This document shows positions 1 to 7,031 of a stretch of 27,589 nt of DNA, in pieces. The position numbers and the translations under genes were made by a program. This DNA comes from a virus (lineage: Duplodnaviria > Caudoviricetes). The DNA lies in IMG/VR virus record IMGVR_UViG_3300037308_000286, positions 1-27,589 of that record. One strand, given 5' to 3'. Each line of letters begins with the position of its first letter. The stretch's first letter is position 1. The notes below the pieces were generated by a model. The model had not been told where the DNA came from and made no database searches. It saw only the letters and a program-made list of their open reading frames with translations.

Positions 1-411
1 TGGGTACATCACCATGAACATCCCTTTATTCCACAGTATCCTCAGATACCATGGGACGAATGCCTCATGGTCCCAGAAAGGCCTGATCTTCGACTTACAG
101 TACTCCCTGTACATCTCAGATCTGACCTCAGCAGGAATGGTGTTCACCCATTCCCTCACGAGGTCGTCCAACGCATTGGAGTACCAATGCTTCTCTATTC
201 CGTTTTTATCCTCCCCAAGCGGGCGCGTACGGTATGCCGCTACCTTAGCCACCGCCTGGTTCAGCCTGTTAATCCTTCCTCCTTTGTCCTTTACCTTCCT
301 GTTCTTCTCTTTCGGCCGAGTTCCTTTATCCCCAACAATCTCGGATACTTTTCGTATCCGCGACATCAGAACGTCCGCATCTCTATACTTTTTTACTTTT
401 CTCCTAGGCAT
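1..411 (-). CDS. Hypothetical protein, 3' end outside the window (MPRRKVKKYRDADVLMSRIRK...)
   Basis: Hand translation: ATG at 411 with GGAGG upstream (421-428), open for 137 codons to the window edge. The + strand ORFs in the track here are its antisense shadows. Confidence 0.75.
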   Translation of the reverse strand, partial: MPRRKVKKYRDADVLMSRIRKVSEIVGDKGTRPKEKNRKVKDKGGRINRLNQAVAKVAAYRTRPLGEDKNGIEKHWYSNALDDLVREWVNTIPAEVRSEMYREYCKSKIRPFWDHEAFVPWYLRILWNKGMFMVMYP

Positions 412-669
412 CCTAATTTCACCTCCTTTCGTTCTTTTATTTTACCCAACTACACTTTTTTACATCTAAATTGTAACATATACCAAAACACCTCCTCAAG
501 TTGATAAAGTAACCAGACTTAATAATAAAACAACCGGAAAAGACTGCCAGAAACCACTATGTAAAGAGAGATACTCTCATTCTATCCTTGCTTGTGAGAT
601 TATATATATACAGAATACACAAAAGCCCTGCTATATATAAACCACGAATATGTACGTAATGTACGCAGA

Positions 670-731
670 TAAATGAGTACACATTGTACGCAGGTTATGG
701 TAAATGAGTACACATTGTACGCAGGTTATGG
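670..731. repeat. Perfect 31-bp tandem duplication (TAAATGAGTACACATTGTACGCAGGTTATGG x2)
   Basis: Copies read directly at 670-700 and 701-731; a partial TGTACGCAG copy lies just upstream. Confidence 0.95.
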
Positions 732-788
732 GGGTGTGATGCCCGCCGGCATAACTTCTCCGTCTCTTACCTCTGGCCTGGCCCTTTC

Positions 789-953
789 TCACCCTATCGT
801 CGCATGGATGCGCTTAGAGATGTCCGAGGAACGGAACGCTATACCTGGCCACGACGATTTCCCCCGCCGACCGGTCTCAGTACAGGAAAACCTTACCCTT
901 TCGTAGAAGAATTGAGATTGTCCTATGAAATTGCTGGGCTTACGTCTCCTCAT
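789..953 (-). CDS. Possible small basic hypothetical protein, 54 aa (MRRRKPSNFIGQSQFF...)
   Basis: Open frame ATG 953 to TGA 789; no convincing RBS. Confidence 0.3.
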   Translation of the reverse strand: MRRRKPSNFIGQSQFFYERVRFSCTETGRRGKSSWPGIAFRSSDISKRIHATIG

Positions 954-1059
954 GTATAGTTATACGCTCACCCTCACAATAATCTCACCCTTTCGTAGAA
1001 GAAAAGTTTAGTATAGCAGCCCCGACCTCTGAGAATAGCGGCGCAAAACACAGGCGGGC

Positions 1060-1097
1060 GTTTAATATATTAAACAAACCGCTCTAATCTGCGGTTT
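1060..1097. promoter_or_regulatory. Perfect 16-bp palindrome GTTTAATATATTAAAC followed by hairpin AAACCGC-N8-GCGGTTT
   Basis: Palindrome at 1060-1075; stem at 1076-1082/1091-1097. The regulatory role is inferred. Confidence 0.5.
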
Positions 1098-1103
1098 TCA
1101 GGG

Positions 1104-1160
1104 CATGGGCGTGGCTTATGACATGGTCATGGGCGTGGCTTATGACATGGCATGACCATG
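1104..1160. repeat. 24-bp tandem duplication (CATGGGCGTGGCTTATGACATGGY x2) with an overlapping 10-bp inverted repeat
   Basis: Copies at 1104-1127 and 1128-1151; CATGGTCATG (1122-1131) is the reverse complement of CATGACCATG (1151-1160). Confidence 0.9.
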
Positions 1161-1191
1161 GCTCGGGCGACCGACCAAGGAAGTACACGAA

Positions 1192-1356
1192 CTACTTCTT
1201 AGCTTTGGCTAATCTCTTCCGTTCCTCACGCAAGAGTCTCATCTCAGCCTCGAAGTGATCTATATGGGGCTGAATAACTATTCGCCTCCATTCTAGATAC
1301 TTTTCGTATGCCTTGATGCCGCGCCGCGCCTCACGTTCCAGGTTTGCTATACCCAT
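1192..1356 (-). CDS. Small basic helical hypothetical protein, 54 aa (MGIANLEREARRGIKAYEKYLEW...AKAKK)
   Basis: Hand translation; AAGGAGG 4 nt before the ATG; shorter than the ORFs listed in the track. Confidence 0.75.
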   Translation of the reverse strand: MGIANLEREARRGIKAYEKYLEWRRIVIQPHIDHFEAEMRLLREERKRLAKAKK

Positions 1357-1493
1357 CCTGCCTCCTTACATCTCTACGAGTATATCAGCTATTCTGTGAA
1401 GGATATACTCTAATATTAAATATATTTCACCGTGGTATGCTACAACTTGGTGAAATGTCCTCGATATGCTGTATAGCGTCCTCCTTTAGGATA

Positions 1494-1522
1494 GGGGGGC
1501 TTAAAGCCCCCCCTTATAGTGT
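1494..1522. repeat. Intergenic GC hairpin element GGGGGGCTTAAAGCCCCCCCTTATAGTGT, near-identical to 3284-3313
   Basis: G6-C stem with a short loop plus shared TTATAGTGT flank, just after the stop codon of 1527..2009. Confidence 0.85.
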
Positions 1523-1526
1523 AGTC

Positions 1527-2009
1527 CTACTTCGCGTTCTTTACGTACTTCTTGGCCGCTTTAATACAGTCCTCATCCTTCTTTAAGTTGTGAGGAGCTG
1601 CAGCAAAGTTCCCTTTCAGTTTTCCAAGTACCCCCTCAATCACGTGGATGTTGTTGTCGGGGTTGTCCTTTTTCACCTTGATAATAGCCACTGCCTTGAG
1701 GAGCAGTTCCAAGTCTGTTGCAACTCCTGCCTTCATACAGTGCATTGGATTATCCCAAGGGGCCTTAATCAGGCCTTGTTTCAGGATAGCCTTACCGTAG
1801 TCCTTAGCTACCTTCATCCCCTCTTTCAGTGCCATTTCAATTACTACGGCACTCCAAGCTTTGTGATCTGCATAGTCTACCTTCATTTTGCTCCCTCCTT
1901 TGTTTGTTTTTGGTGCTGCCTTTCTTGCGGGTTTCTTTGTTTCCATGGTACCCTCCTCTGTTTTTGTTGTTGCTGCATCCTTTACTTCTGTTTCTACGTT
2001 AGCGTCCAT
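1527..2009 (-). CDS. Hypothetical Lys-rich protein, 160 aa; paralog of 2485..2967
   Basis: CAGGAGG RBS; shares APxxNPxH and VKKDNPxxNxHV motifs with 2485..2967. Confidence 0.85.
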   Translation of the reverse strand: MDANVETEVKDAATTKTEEGTMETKKPARKAAPKTNKGGSKMKVDYADHKAWSAVVIEMALKEGMKVAKDYGKAILKQGLIKAPWDNPMHCMKAGVATDLELLLKAVAIIKVKKDNPDNNIHVIEGVLGKLKGNFAAAPHNLKKDEDCIKAAKKYVKNAK

Positions 2010-2110
2010 GATGGACCTCCTGTGATTTAATTCAGAGACTCATACGAGTACTCTGTTGTTGCCACTTACATAAAAATTTTCCATTATTGTACACCTGTCG
2101 ACCATTTTCC

Positions 2111-2144
2111 AAAAGGGGGGCGCCCCCTCACGAGTAGCGCCCCT
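2111..2144 (-). terminator. Probable intrinsic terminator after 2160..2423
   Basis: On the minus strand a GGGGCGC...GCGCCCC stem is followed by CCTTTT. Confidence 0.55.
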
Positions 2145-2159
2145 ATGGAACATCACTTG

Positions 2160-2423
2160 TTACCTAAGTCTCTTTTCCAGAAATTTGATTGTTTCCTCGA
2201 AGACCTGCTTGTATACCGGGTCCGCAACGGCATCCCTTGCAATAGTGACTACAAATGCCAAGGCCTCTAAATCTCTTGCTATAGCCTCAAAGCCTTGGTC
2301 GTCCTCGATCTCAAGGAGATTCTCAAGATTGTCGAGGATGGTTAAAGCCATCCCTGCCTGGAGTCCTTTCTTCTGCGAAAGGATAGCCAAGTTATCCATT
2401 ACCGTTACTATTGATTTTTCCAT
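2160..2423 (-). CDS. Hypothetical acidic helical protein, 87 aa
   Basis: GAGGAGG RBS before ATG 2423; fits the minus-strand gene array. Confidence 0.85.
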   Translation of the reverse strand: MEKSIVTVMDNLAILSQKKGLQAGMALTILDNLENLLEIEDDQGFEAIARDLEALAFVVTIARDAVADPVYKQVFEETIKFLEKRLR

Positions 2424-2449
2424 TTTACTGCCTCCTCATGTGTTTTAGT

Positions 2450-2474
2450 AGGGGGGCTATACCGCCCCCCTTTT
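2450..2474. terminator. Intergenic GC hairpin AGGGGGGC-TATACC-GCCCCCCT with a T-tract only on the + strand
   Basis: Stem read directly; lies between the stop of 2485..2967 and the RBS of 2160..2423. Confidence 0.55.
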
Positions 2475-2484
2475 GTGAGCGGTA

Positions 2485-2967
2485 CTATACTGTTACTTCA
2501 ATTGTGGGCTTACCAGACTTCTTAGAAGCCTTACGGTACGTTTCTAATTGAGCCTTTGTAATTCCTACTGCTGCGAGCTTTCTCATTAACCTCACCAGTA
2601 CGTGTGTATTTCCGGTCGGATTGTCTTTTTTCACTGCCAGGATATAATAGGCAAGGAGTAACAAGTCCTTTTCCTTACCTAACTGCTTAATGGCATGGAA
2701 AGGATTGTTTGCTGGTGCCCTAACCTTAAACTCCTGTTTCCCTGCTTTAAAGCACCCCTTCTCTACTGTGTCTTTGAGTGCCTTCCGGCCGAGTTCAAAC
2801 GCCTTTGCCATGCCGTTCGTTTCGGCGTACAGTACAAGGTACCTGTACCATGCCGGTGTTTCGTTGTAGCGGAACAACGGACGTTCCTCTACTTCTGTGT
2901 GTCCTACTGTACGCTCCATTGGATTTACTGCTGGTCCTGCTGTTTTGTTGGTAGGCATAATAGCCAC
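2485..2967 (-). CDS. Hypothetical basic protein, 160 aa; paralog of 1527..2009
   Basis: CAGGAGGT RBS suggests the ATG at 2958 (MPTNK) as start; shared C-terminal motifs with 1527..2009. Confidence 0.85.
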   Translation of the reverse strand: MAIMPTNKTAGPAVNPMERTVGHTEVEERPLFRYNETPAWYRYLVLYAETNGMAKAFELGRKALKDTVEKGCFKAGKQEFKVRAPANNPFHAIKQLGKEKDLLLLAYYILAVKKDNPTGNTHVLVRLMRKLAAVGITKAQLETYRKASKKSGKPTIEVTV

Positions 2968-3057
2968 CTCCTGTATTAATTAGGATTGGACACACGTCCT
3001 CTCCTTTGCTGCCTTTACAAAAATTTTTCCTTATTGTGTTGCTATCATCCAATATCC

Positions 3058-3082
3058 AAAAAGGGGGCGAACCCCCTTTTTT
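3058..3082. terminator. Bidirectional intrinsic terminator AAAAAGGGGG-CGAA-CCCCCTTTTTT
   Basis: Perfect stem, UUCG loop on the minus strand, T-tracts in both directions, just after stop 3094. Confidence 0.8.
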
Positions 3083-3093
3083 GTTAGCACACG

Positions 3094-3261
3094 CTACTTC
3101 TCCAGTCTTCGTATGCCGTTTTTGTTTGTAGGCTTAGCCAGCTTACGTATCTCACAGTTCCATTCCCGCTTGAGGGCTTGTAACGCACCCTTCTTAGGCT
3201 CCTTGGGAATAGATAACACTCCCTGTTCGTCTAACAGATTTAATAAGTCTCTTACCTTCAT
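3094..3261 (-). CDS. Small basic hypothetical protein, 55 aa (MKVRDLLNLLDEQGVLSIPKE...RRLEK)
   Basis: Hand translation; CAGGAGGT RBS; bounded by hairpins on both sides; not in the ORF track. Confidence 0.8.
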   Translation of the reverse strand: MKVRDLLNLLDEQGVLSIPKEPKKGALQALKREWNCEIRKLAKPTNKNGIRRLEK

Positions 3262-3283
3262 ATTTACCTCCTGTTTTTTAGGT

Positions 3284-3313
3284 GGGGGGGCTTTAAGCCC
3301 CCCTTTATAGTGT
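3284..3313. repeat. Second copy of the intergenic hairpin element (GGGGGGGCTTTAAGCCCCCCTTTATAGTGT)
   Basis: Near-identical to 1494-1522 and in the same position relative to a TAG stop. Confidence 0.85.
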
Positions 3314-3315
3314 GA

Positions 3316-3504
3316 CTAGATTAAGTCATACTCCGACATTACGATGTAAGTAATGTCGTGGAGCTCAACGCCCCTGTAGCCCACCTTAACCAAGCGGACC
3401 TGGTTGCGGATGAAGCTAGACCGCCTGTTCCAGTAGGTAGCCTGGTAGTAGTTGTTGTAAAGCTCGACCAACCTGCTGATAAAGCCTCTTGGAAGCTTTT
3501 CCAT
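3316..3504 (-). CDS. Hypothetical protein, 62 aa (MEKLPRGFISRLVELYNNYY...)
   Basis: GAGGAGGTG RBS points to ATG 3504 rather than GTG 3513. Confidence 0.75.
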   Translation of the reverse strand: MEKLPRGFISRLVELYNNYYQATYWNRRSSFIRNQVRLVKVGYRGVELHDITYIVMSEYDLI

Positions 3505-3543
3505 GGTATTCACCTCCTCTTTGTTTGTCGTGTATTGTTAGCG

Positions 3544-3639
3544 TTAGTCCTCCAGGGATTTTCTCAGTACATCTGCCTTTATGCAAATCAGTATTACAAC
3601 TATTAGTACAAACAACCCTGCCCAATCTGCTTCTGTCAT
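3544..3639 (-). CDS. Small single-pass membrane peptide, 31 aa (MTEADWAGLFVLIVVILICIKADVLRKSLED)
   Basis: Hand translation; AAAGGAGGTG RBS; one hydrophobic stretch. Confidence 0.65.
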   Translation of the reverse strand: MTEADWAGLFVLIVVILICIKADVLRKSLED

Positions 3640-3871
3640 ATAGCTCACCTCCTTTGTTTGTGTAGTACATATTATATTTAGTTCGTAGTCATGATACCAA
3701 CTTTCTTAGGTAGTTCCATAGTTTTTAAAGCGTTACGTACATAACCCATTGTCCATATCATGTCCTATCTTTAATACCATATTTCCCTCCAGTGTTTTTA
3801 TTGTATTATCTATATAAACATGTACACATATTATGTACATAGTTATAGCCCTATAAACCACCCTCGGAAAT

Positions 3872-3892
3872 GGGATAGTTTCATACTATCCC
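3872..3892 (-). terminator. Hairpin GGGATAGT-TTCAT-ACTATCCC downstream of the exonuclease gene
   Basis: 8-bp perfect stem, 6 nt after the stop at 3899; weak U-tract. Confidence 0.5.
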
Positions 3893-3898
3893 GTGTCC

Positions 3899-4402
3899 CT
3901 ACTTTGTAAGCATTTGATAGATTATATAAGGATTGATACAATCTTCTTTATTGTATGCAATCAATCTATCAAGTGCTTTCCTGTCGTTTTCTGTAGTCCA
4001 TTTAATCCAATATTTCATAGTATTCTTTACAACATCCATTGTATTACGTTTCAGCCCCATATACGGTTCAGCATCTTTCAAGCTAACATGATGTGAGATA
4101 CCAAGAGTTGTATGAAACATTGTAGAAACATCAATTAACTTTCCTCGTAGTACATTAGTTAAATTAACATTGAACGTTTCTTCAATGTTTCTTATATCAA
4201 AATTAGTTATATTCCATCCTATTACAATATCGCTTTCCATAATCTTTTCGACAAGATGGTTTAAGTCACCCTGTCTTAATTGCTCACCATATAATACATA
4301 GTGAGTATAATTCATACCATTGAACAGAGTATACCCTATCATATAGATAGAGTTACTGTTCTTAAACGCATAACTTTCAATATCAATGCTTAACGTTTTC
4401 AT
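3899..4402 (-). CDS. DEDD-type 3'-5' exonuclease / RNase H-like protein (YprB / RNase_H_2-like), 167 aa
   Basis: ExoI DIES, ExoII GWNITNFD, LIDV, SLKD and ExoIII YNKED motifs; GGAGG RBS supports a start at 4402 (MKTLSIDIES). Confidence 0.85.
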   Translation of the reverse strand: MKTLSIDIESYAFKNSNSIYMIGYTLFNGMNYTHYVLYGEQLRQGDLNHLVEKIMESDIVIGWNITNFDIRNIEETFNVNLTNVLRGKLIDVSTMFHTTLGISHHVSLKDAEPYMGLKRNTMDVVKNTMKYWIKWTTENDRKALDRLIAYNKEDCINPYIIYQMLTK

Positions 4403-4546
4403 GGTATCCTCCAAATGCCTAATATAATTAGGCTTTTTATTAAACAACAAAGAAAAAATCATAACGTGAAACATGTTACGACTAAAACAACACAACACAT
4501 GTTGTATTAATCCTTCTCCCCCACATATATCGCCGCTACCCCTAAA

Positions 4547-4597
4547 CCGAGATACTATAAACTCGCCCCCACAACCCGAGATACTATAAACTCACCC
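4547..4597. repeat. Direct repeat CCGAGATACTATAAACTC x2 (29-bp period) in the divergent intergenic region
   Basis: Copies at 4547-4564 and 4576-4593. Confidence 0.9.
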
Positions 4598-4721
4598 CTC
4601 ATCAACCAATGTAATAAAAACTCCAACAACCATAAACCAACCCAATACACATAAGGCATAAGGGTAACACATACTTGAGCTATAACAAGCCCACACGTTA
4701 CACTAAACGGAGAGGTGACGA

Positions 4722-5411
4722 ATGGAACGAATAAGGATGGCCCAGCCAACAGGAAAAACAAGGGTACGGGAACGACTCCAAACCATAATGGAAGAAACAT
4801 ACCCCAGGCTTGATGAAACTACGAAGCCAAAACGGGGACGAAAGAAAAACCCTATCGCAGAAGAAACACAAGAAACAACACTTCCTAAAACACTGGGAGA
4901 AGGAAGTGGACTTGGCACACACCGGGTCTCGGCATCGCCGGTAACGGCAGATGAGCTAATCAGGCTCTTGGAAGAGTTTAAGGGGAATATTACATCAATG
5001 TGCAGGTATTTAAAGTGTTCACGTCAAACGTTTTATGACTATCTCAAAAAGTTCCCCAAACTTAAAGAGGCTCTGAAGGATATTAATGAAGCGGAGCTGG
5101 ATACTGCTGAGGAAAAGTTGAATGAATTGATAGATAAAAGGAACTTGACAGCAATTATTTTTAAGCTGAAGTGTAAAGGCCGGCATAGGGGCTGGATTGA
5201 CAGGCCGGAGGATGCTGGCGGGGGAAAGTCAAATCAATTAATAGTGCAGATTTTCCCAGTTACAGGAGGGCCGCCAATAGTGAGTAATGTTAAAGGGGGA
5301 AATGCAAAGTACATTGACAGAGATACGCCAGCATTGCTGGCGCATAATGATGGGGTGATGGATGCGGAGTTTTTTGATGGGCCAGGTACTCCATTAGAGG
5401 TGAATCCATGA
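4722..5411 (+). CDS. terS: Probable terminase small subunit (HTH DNA-binding protein)
   Basis: HTH GNITSMCRYLKCSRQTFYDY, helical AEEKLNELI segment and AIIFKLK..GRHRGW motif typical of TerS-like proteins; first gene of the operon containing TerL. Confidence 0.7.
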   Translation: MERIRMAQPTGKTRVRERLQTIMEETYPRLDETTKPKRGRKKNPIAEETQETTLPKTLGEGSGLGTHRVSASPVTADELIRLLEEFKGNITSMCRYLKCSRQTFYDYLKKFPKLKEALKDINEAELDTAEEKLNELIDKRNLTAIIFKLKCKGRHRGWIDRPEDAGGGKSNQLIVQIFPVTGGPPIVSNVKGGNAKYIDRDTPALLAHNDGVMDAEFFDGPGTPLEVNP

Positions 5412-5902
5412 AGAGGATACAGTTCCCATATAAGCCTATTCCAAGTTTTCCTCAGTACGAAGTGTCACAAGGGGGCGTGGTGAGGAAGGTGTCTGACAAA
5501 TCCGTGTGCAAGCCATTCCTCAATGTAGATGGCTACGTTGTTGTAGCGTTTTGGCATAATAATAAGGTGGTTCACAGGAGAGTGCATAGGCTAGTGATGG
5601 AAGCGTGGGTGGGGAAGGATTCGCGAGAGGTAAACCACATCGACGGAGATAAACAAAATAACAGGCTGAGCAACTTGGAGTATGTTACACACCAAGAGAA
5701 CGTAGATCATGCTGTTACTACGGGGTTGGTAAGGAGAGGAGAGGACTGTGCCCATTCAAAACTTACAGATGCTGTAGTAAAGGAAATCCGAGAGCTCCAT
5801 AATGACGCAGGAATATCATTGAGGGATTTAGCAGGGATGTACGACGTTTCGCAGGAAATGATCGTTAAAATAGTAAAGGACAGAAACTGGAGGCATGTAT
5901 GA
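5408..5902 (+). CDS. HNH homing endonuclease (NUMOD4 + HNH + C-terminal HTH)
   Basis: YEVSQGGVVR (NUMOD4-like), VHRLV, VNHIDGDKQNNRLSNLEYVT..EN..H, and SKLT...LRDLAGMYDVS HTH. Confidence 0.92.
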   Translation: MKRIQFPYKPIPSFPQYEVSQGGVVRKVSDKSVCKPFLNVDGYVVVAFWHNNKVVHRRVHRLVMEAWVGKDSREVNHIDGDKQNNRLSNLEYVTHQENVDHAVTTGLVRRGEDCAHSKLTDAVVKEIRELHNDAGISLRDLAGMYDVSQEMIVKIVKDRNWRHV

Positions 5903-6384
5903 GCGAATTGTCAGAATTAGTTCTCAGGAAGTGGCTTAAAAATGTTGGGCTCGTAAATAAGCAGATAGTGAGATCGGGCCAGCCGGAAAACACGTTAAAG
6001 TTCCTTGCCCTGTACAAGTTGTTTCCATTTAAGTCGGTTATTAATCTCGCATGGAATCCTGCTACTGATGATGACGATGCACGAGAATTGAAGTTTTGTA
6101 TAGACCATGGGATAGTGTACAAGAGATTTTCGTGGGGAGCGTCTGTTCCCTTGACCCCGAAGTATGATGCGTTCTGGAAAAAGGAATTTCCTGAAACAGT
6201 AGCCCTTATAGACACCCTTCCTAAGCCTTTATGGATACACTGTGAGGGGGGAAGGGATAGGACTGGTGGATTGGTGGCAGCATGGAAAGTACAGCATGCC
6301 TGGCGTCTGGACGAAATCTTTATCGACTTTTGTAAATATGGCATGCCAGACCCGACGTGGTTAATACATTTGTGGGGGAAATAA
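5899..6384 (+). CDS. Protein-tyrosine / dual-specificity phosphatase family protein
   Basis: CX5R P-loop IHCEGGRDRTG, N-terminal RSGQP, and SVINL motif. Confidence 0.9.
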   Translation: MSELSELVLRKWLKNVGLVNKQIVRSGQPENTLKFLALYKLFPFKSVINLAWNPATDDDDARELKFCIDHGIVYKRFSWGASVPLTPKYDAFWKKEFPETVALIDTLPKPLWIHCEGGRDRTGGLVAAWKVQHAWRLDEIFIDFCKYGMPDPTWLIHLWGK

Positions 6385-7031
6385 TGGATAGAAAATTTGG
6401 CAGGTTACGAGAATTCGACGAAAGGAGTAAACAATACCCAATTCGAGTTCTCCTCCCCGTCGACAAGCCGAGGAGAAGTTACACATGGAGATGTGGAATT
6501 GTTCTTGACCAAGGGTATGAGGGGGCATGTACAGGGTTTTCCGTTACCCATGAGGCAGCTGCTCGGCCTAAGGTAGTGACTGGGCTTACCAACGAGATTG
6601 CACGAAAGGTGTATAAACGTGCCCAACAGATAGATGAGTGGCCTGGTGAGGACTATGAGGGAAGCTCAGTGCTTGCTGCTATGAAGGCTGGAAAGGAAAT
6701 GGGGTGGTATTCTGAGTACAGATGGGCATTTAGTGAGGTCGACTTGGCTTTAGCAGTTGGGTATAAAGGACCCGCTGTGTTAGGCATAAATTGGTATGAG
6801 GGAATGTGCTATCCTGATAAGGACGGGATAATTCGCCCTACAGGAGAGCTCCTTGGCGGTCATGCCATCCTTTGTAACGGGTACAATGTTAAAAAAGGGA
6901 TGTATAGGCTTCACAACTCATGGGGATGGGACTGGGGTATAAATGGAGCATGTTTTATCTCTAAAGAGGACCTTGCTATGCTTTTATCTGAACAAGGGGA
7001 AGCGTGTATTCCTGTAGTGAGGCTGGCATGA
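6384..7031 (+). CDS. Papain-like cysteine peptidase (C1 family)
   Basis: DQGYEGAC (oxyanion Gln and catalytic Cys), GGHAI (His), HNSWG..WG..G (Asn); the ATG overlaps the upstream TAA (TAATG). Confidence 0.9.
   Translation: MDRKFGRLREFDERSKQYPIRVLLPVDKPRRSYTWRCGIVLDQGYEGACTGFSVTHEAAARPKVVTGLTNEIARKVYKRAQQIDEWPGEDYEGSSVLAAMKAGKEMGWYSEYRWAFSEVDLALAVGYKGPAVLGINWYEGMCYPDKDGIIRPTGELLGGHAILCNGYNVKKGMYRLHNSWGWDWGINGACFISKEDLAMLLSEQGEACIPVVRLA

Noticed and set aside
14-504. + strand ORFs 14..469 and 67..504 (also 1344, 1590, 2185, 2695, 3113, 3358 and 3893 on +)
   Set aside because: Antisense shadows of minus-strand genes that have clear GGAGG sites.
670-1160. Short direct repeats as a CRISPR array
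   Set aside because: Only two adjacent copies each, no unique spacers, and no cas genes in the window.
1365-1490. Minus-strand open frame of about 38 codons behind an AAAGGAGG
   Set aside because: No ATG/GTG/TTG at a usable distance; possibly a decayed cassette but not supportable as a gene.
1494-3313. Hairpins as integron attC sites
   Set aside because: Too short, lacking RYYYAAC/GTTRRRY ends, and no integrase is visible.
3678-3780. Short minus-strand ORFs (15 and 27 aa) after a GGAGGG
   Set aside because: Too short and ambiguous; they may be a frameshifted remnant.
4555-4922. Hydrophobic minus-strand ORFs 4555..4800, 4698..4922 and 4703..4918
   Set aside because: Products of A/C strand skew that overlap terS antisense, with no RBS.
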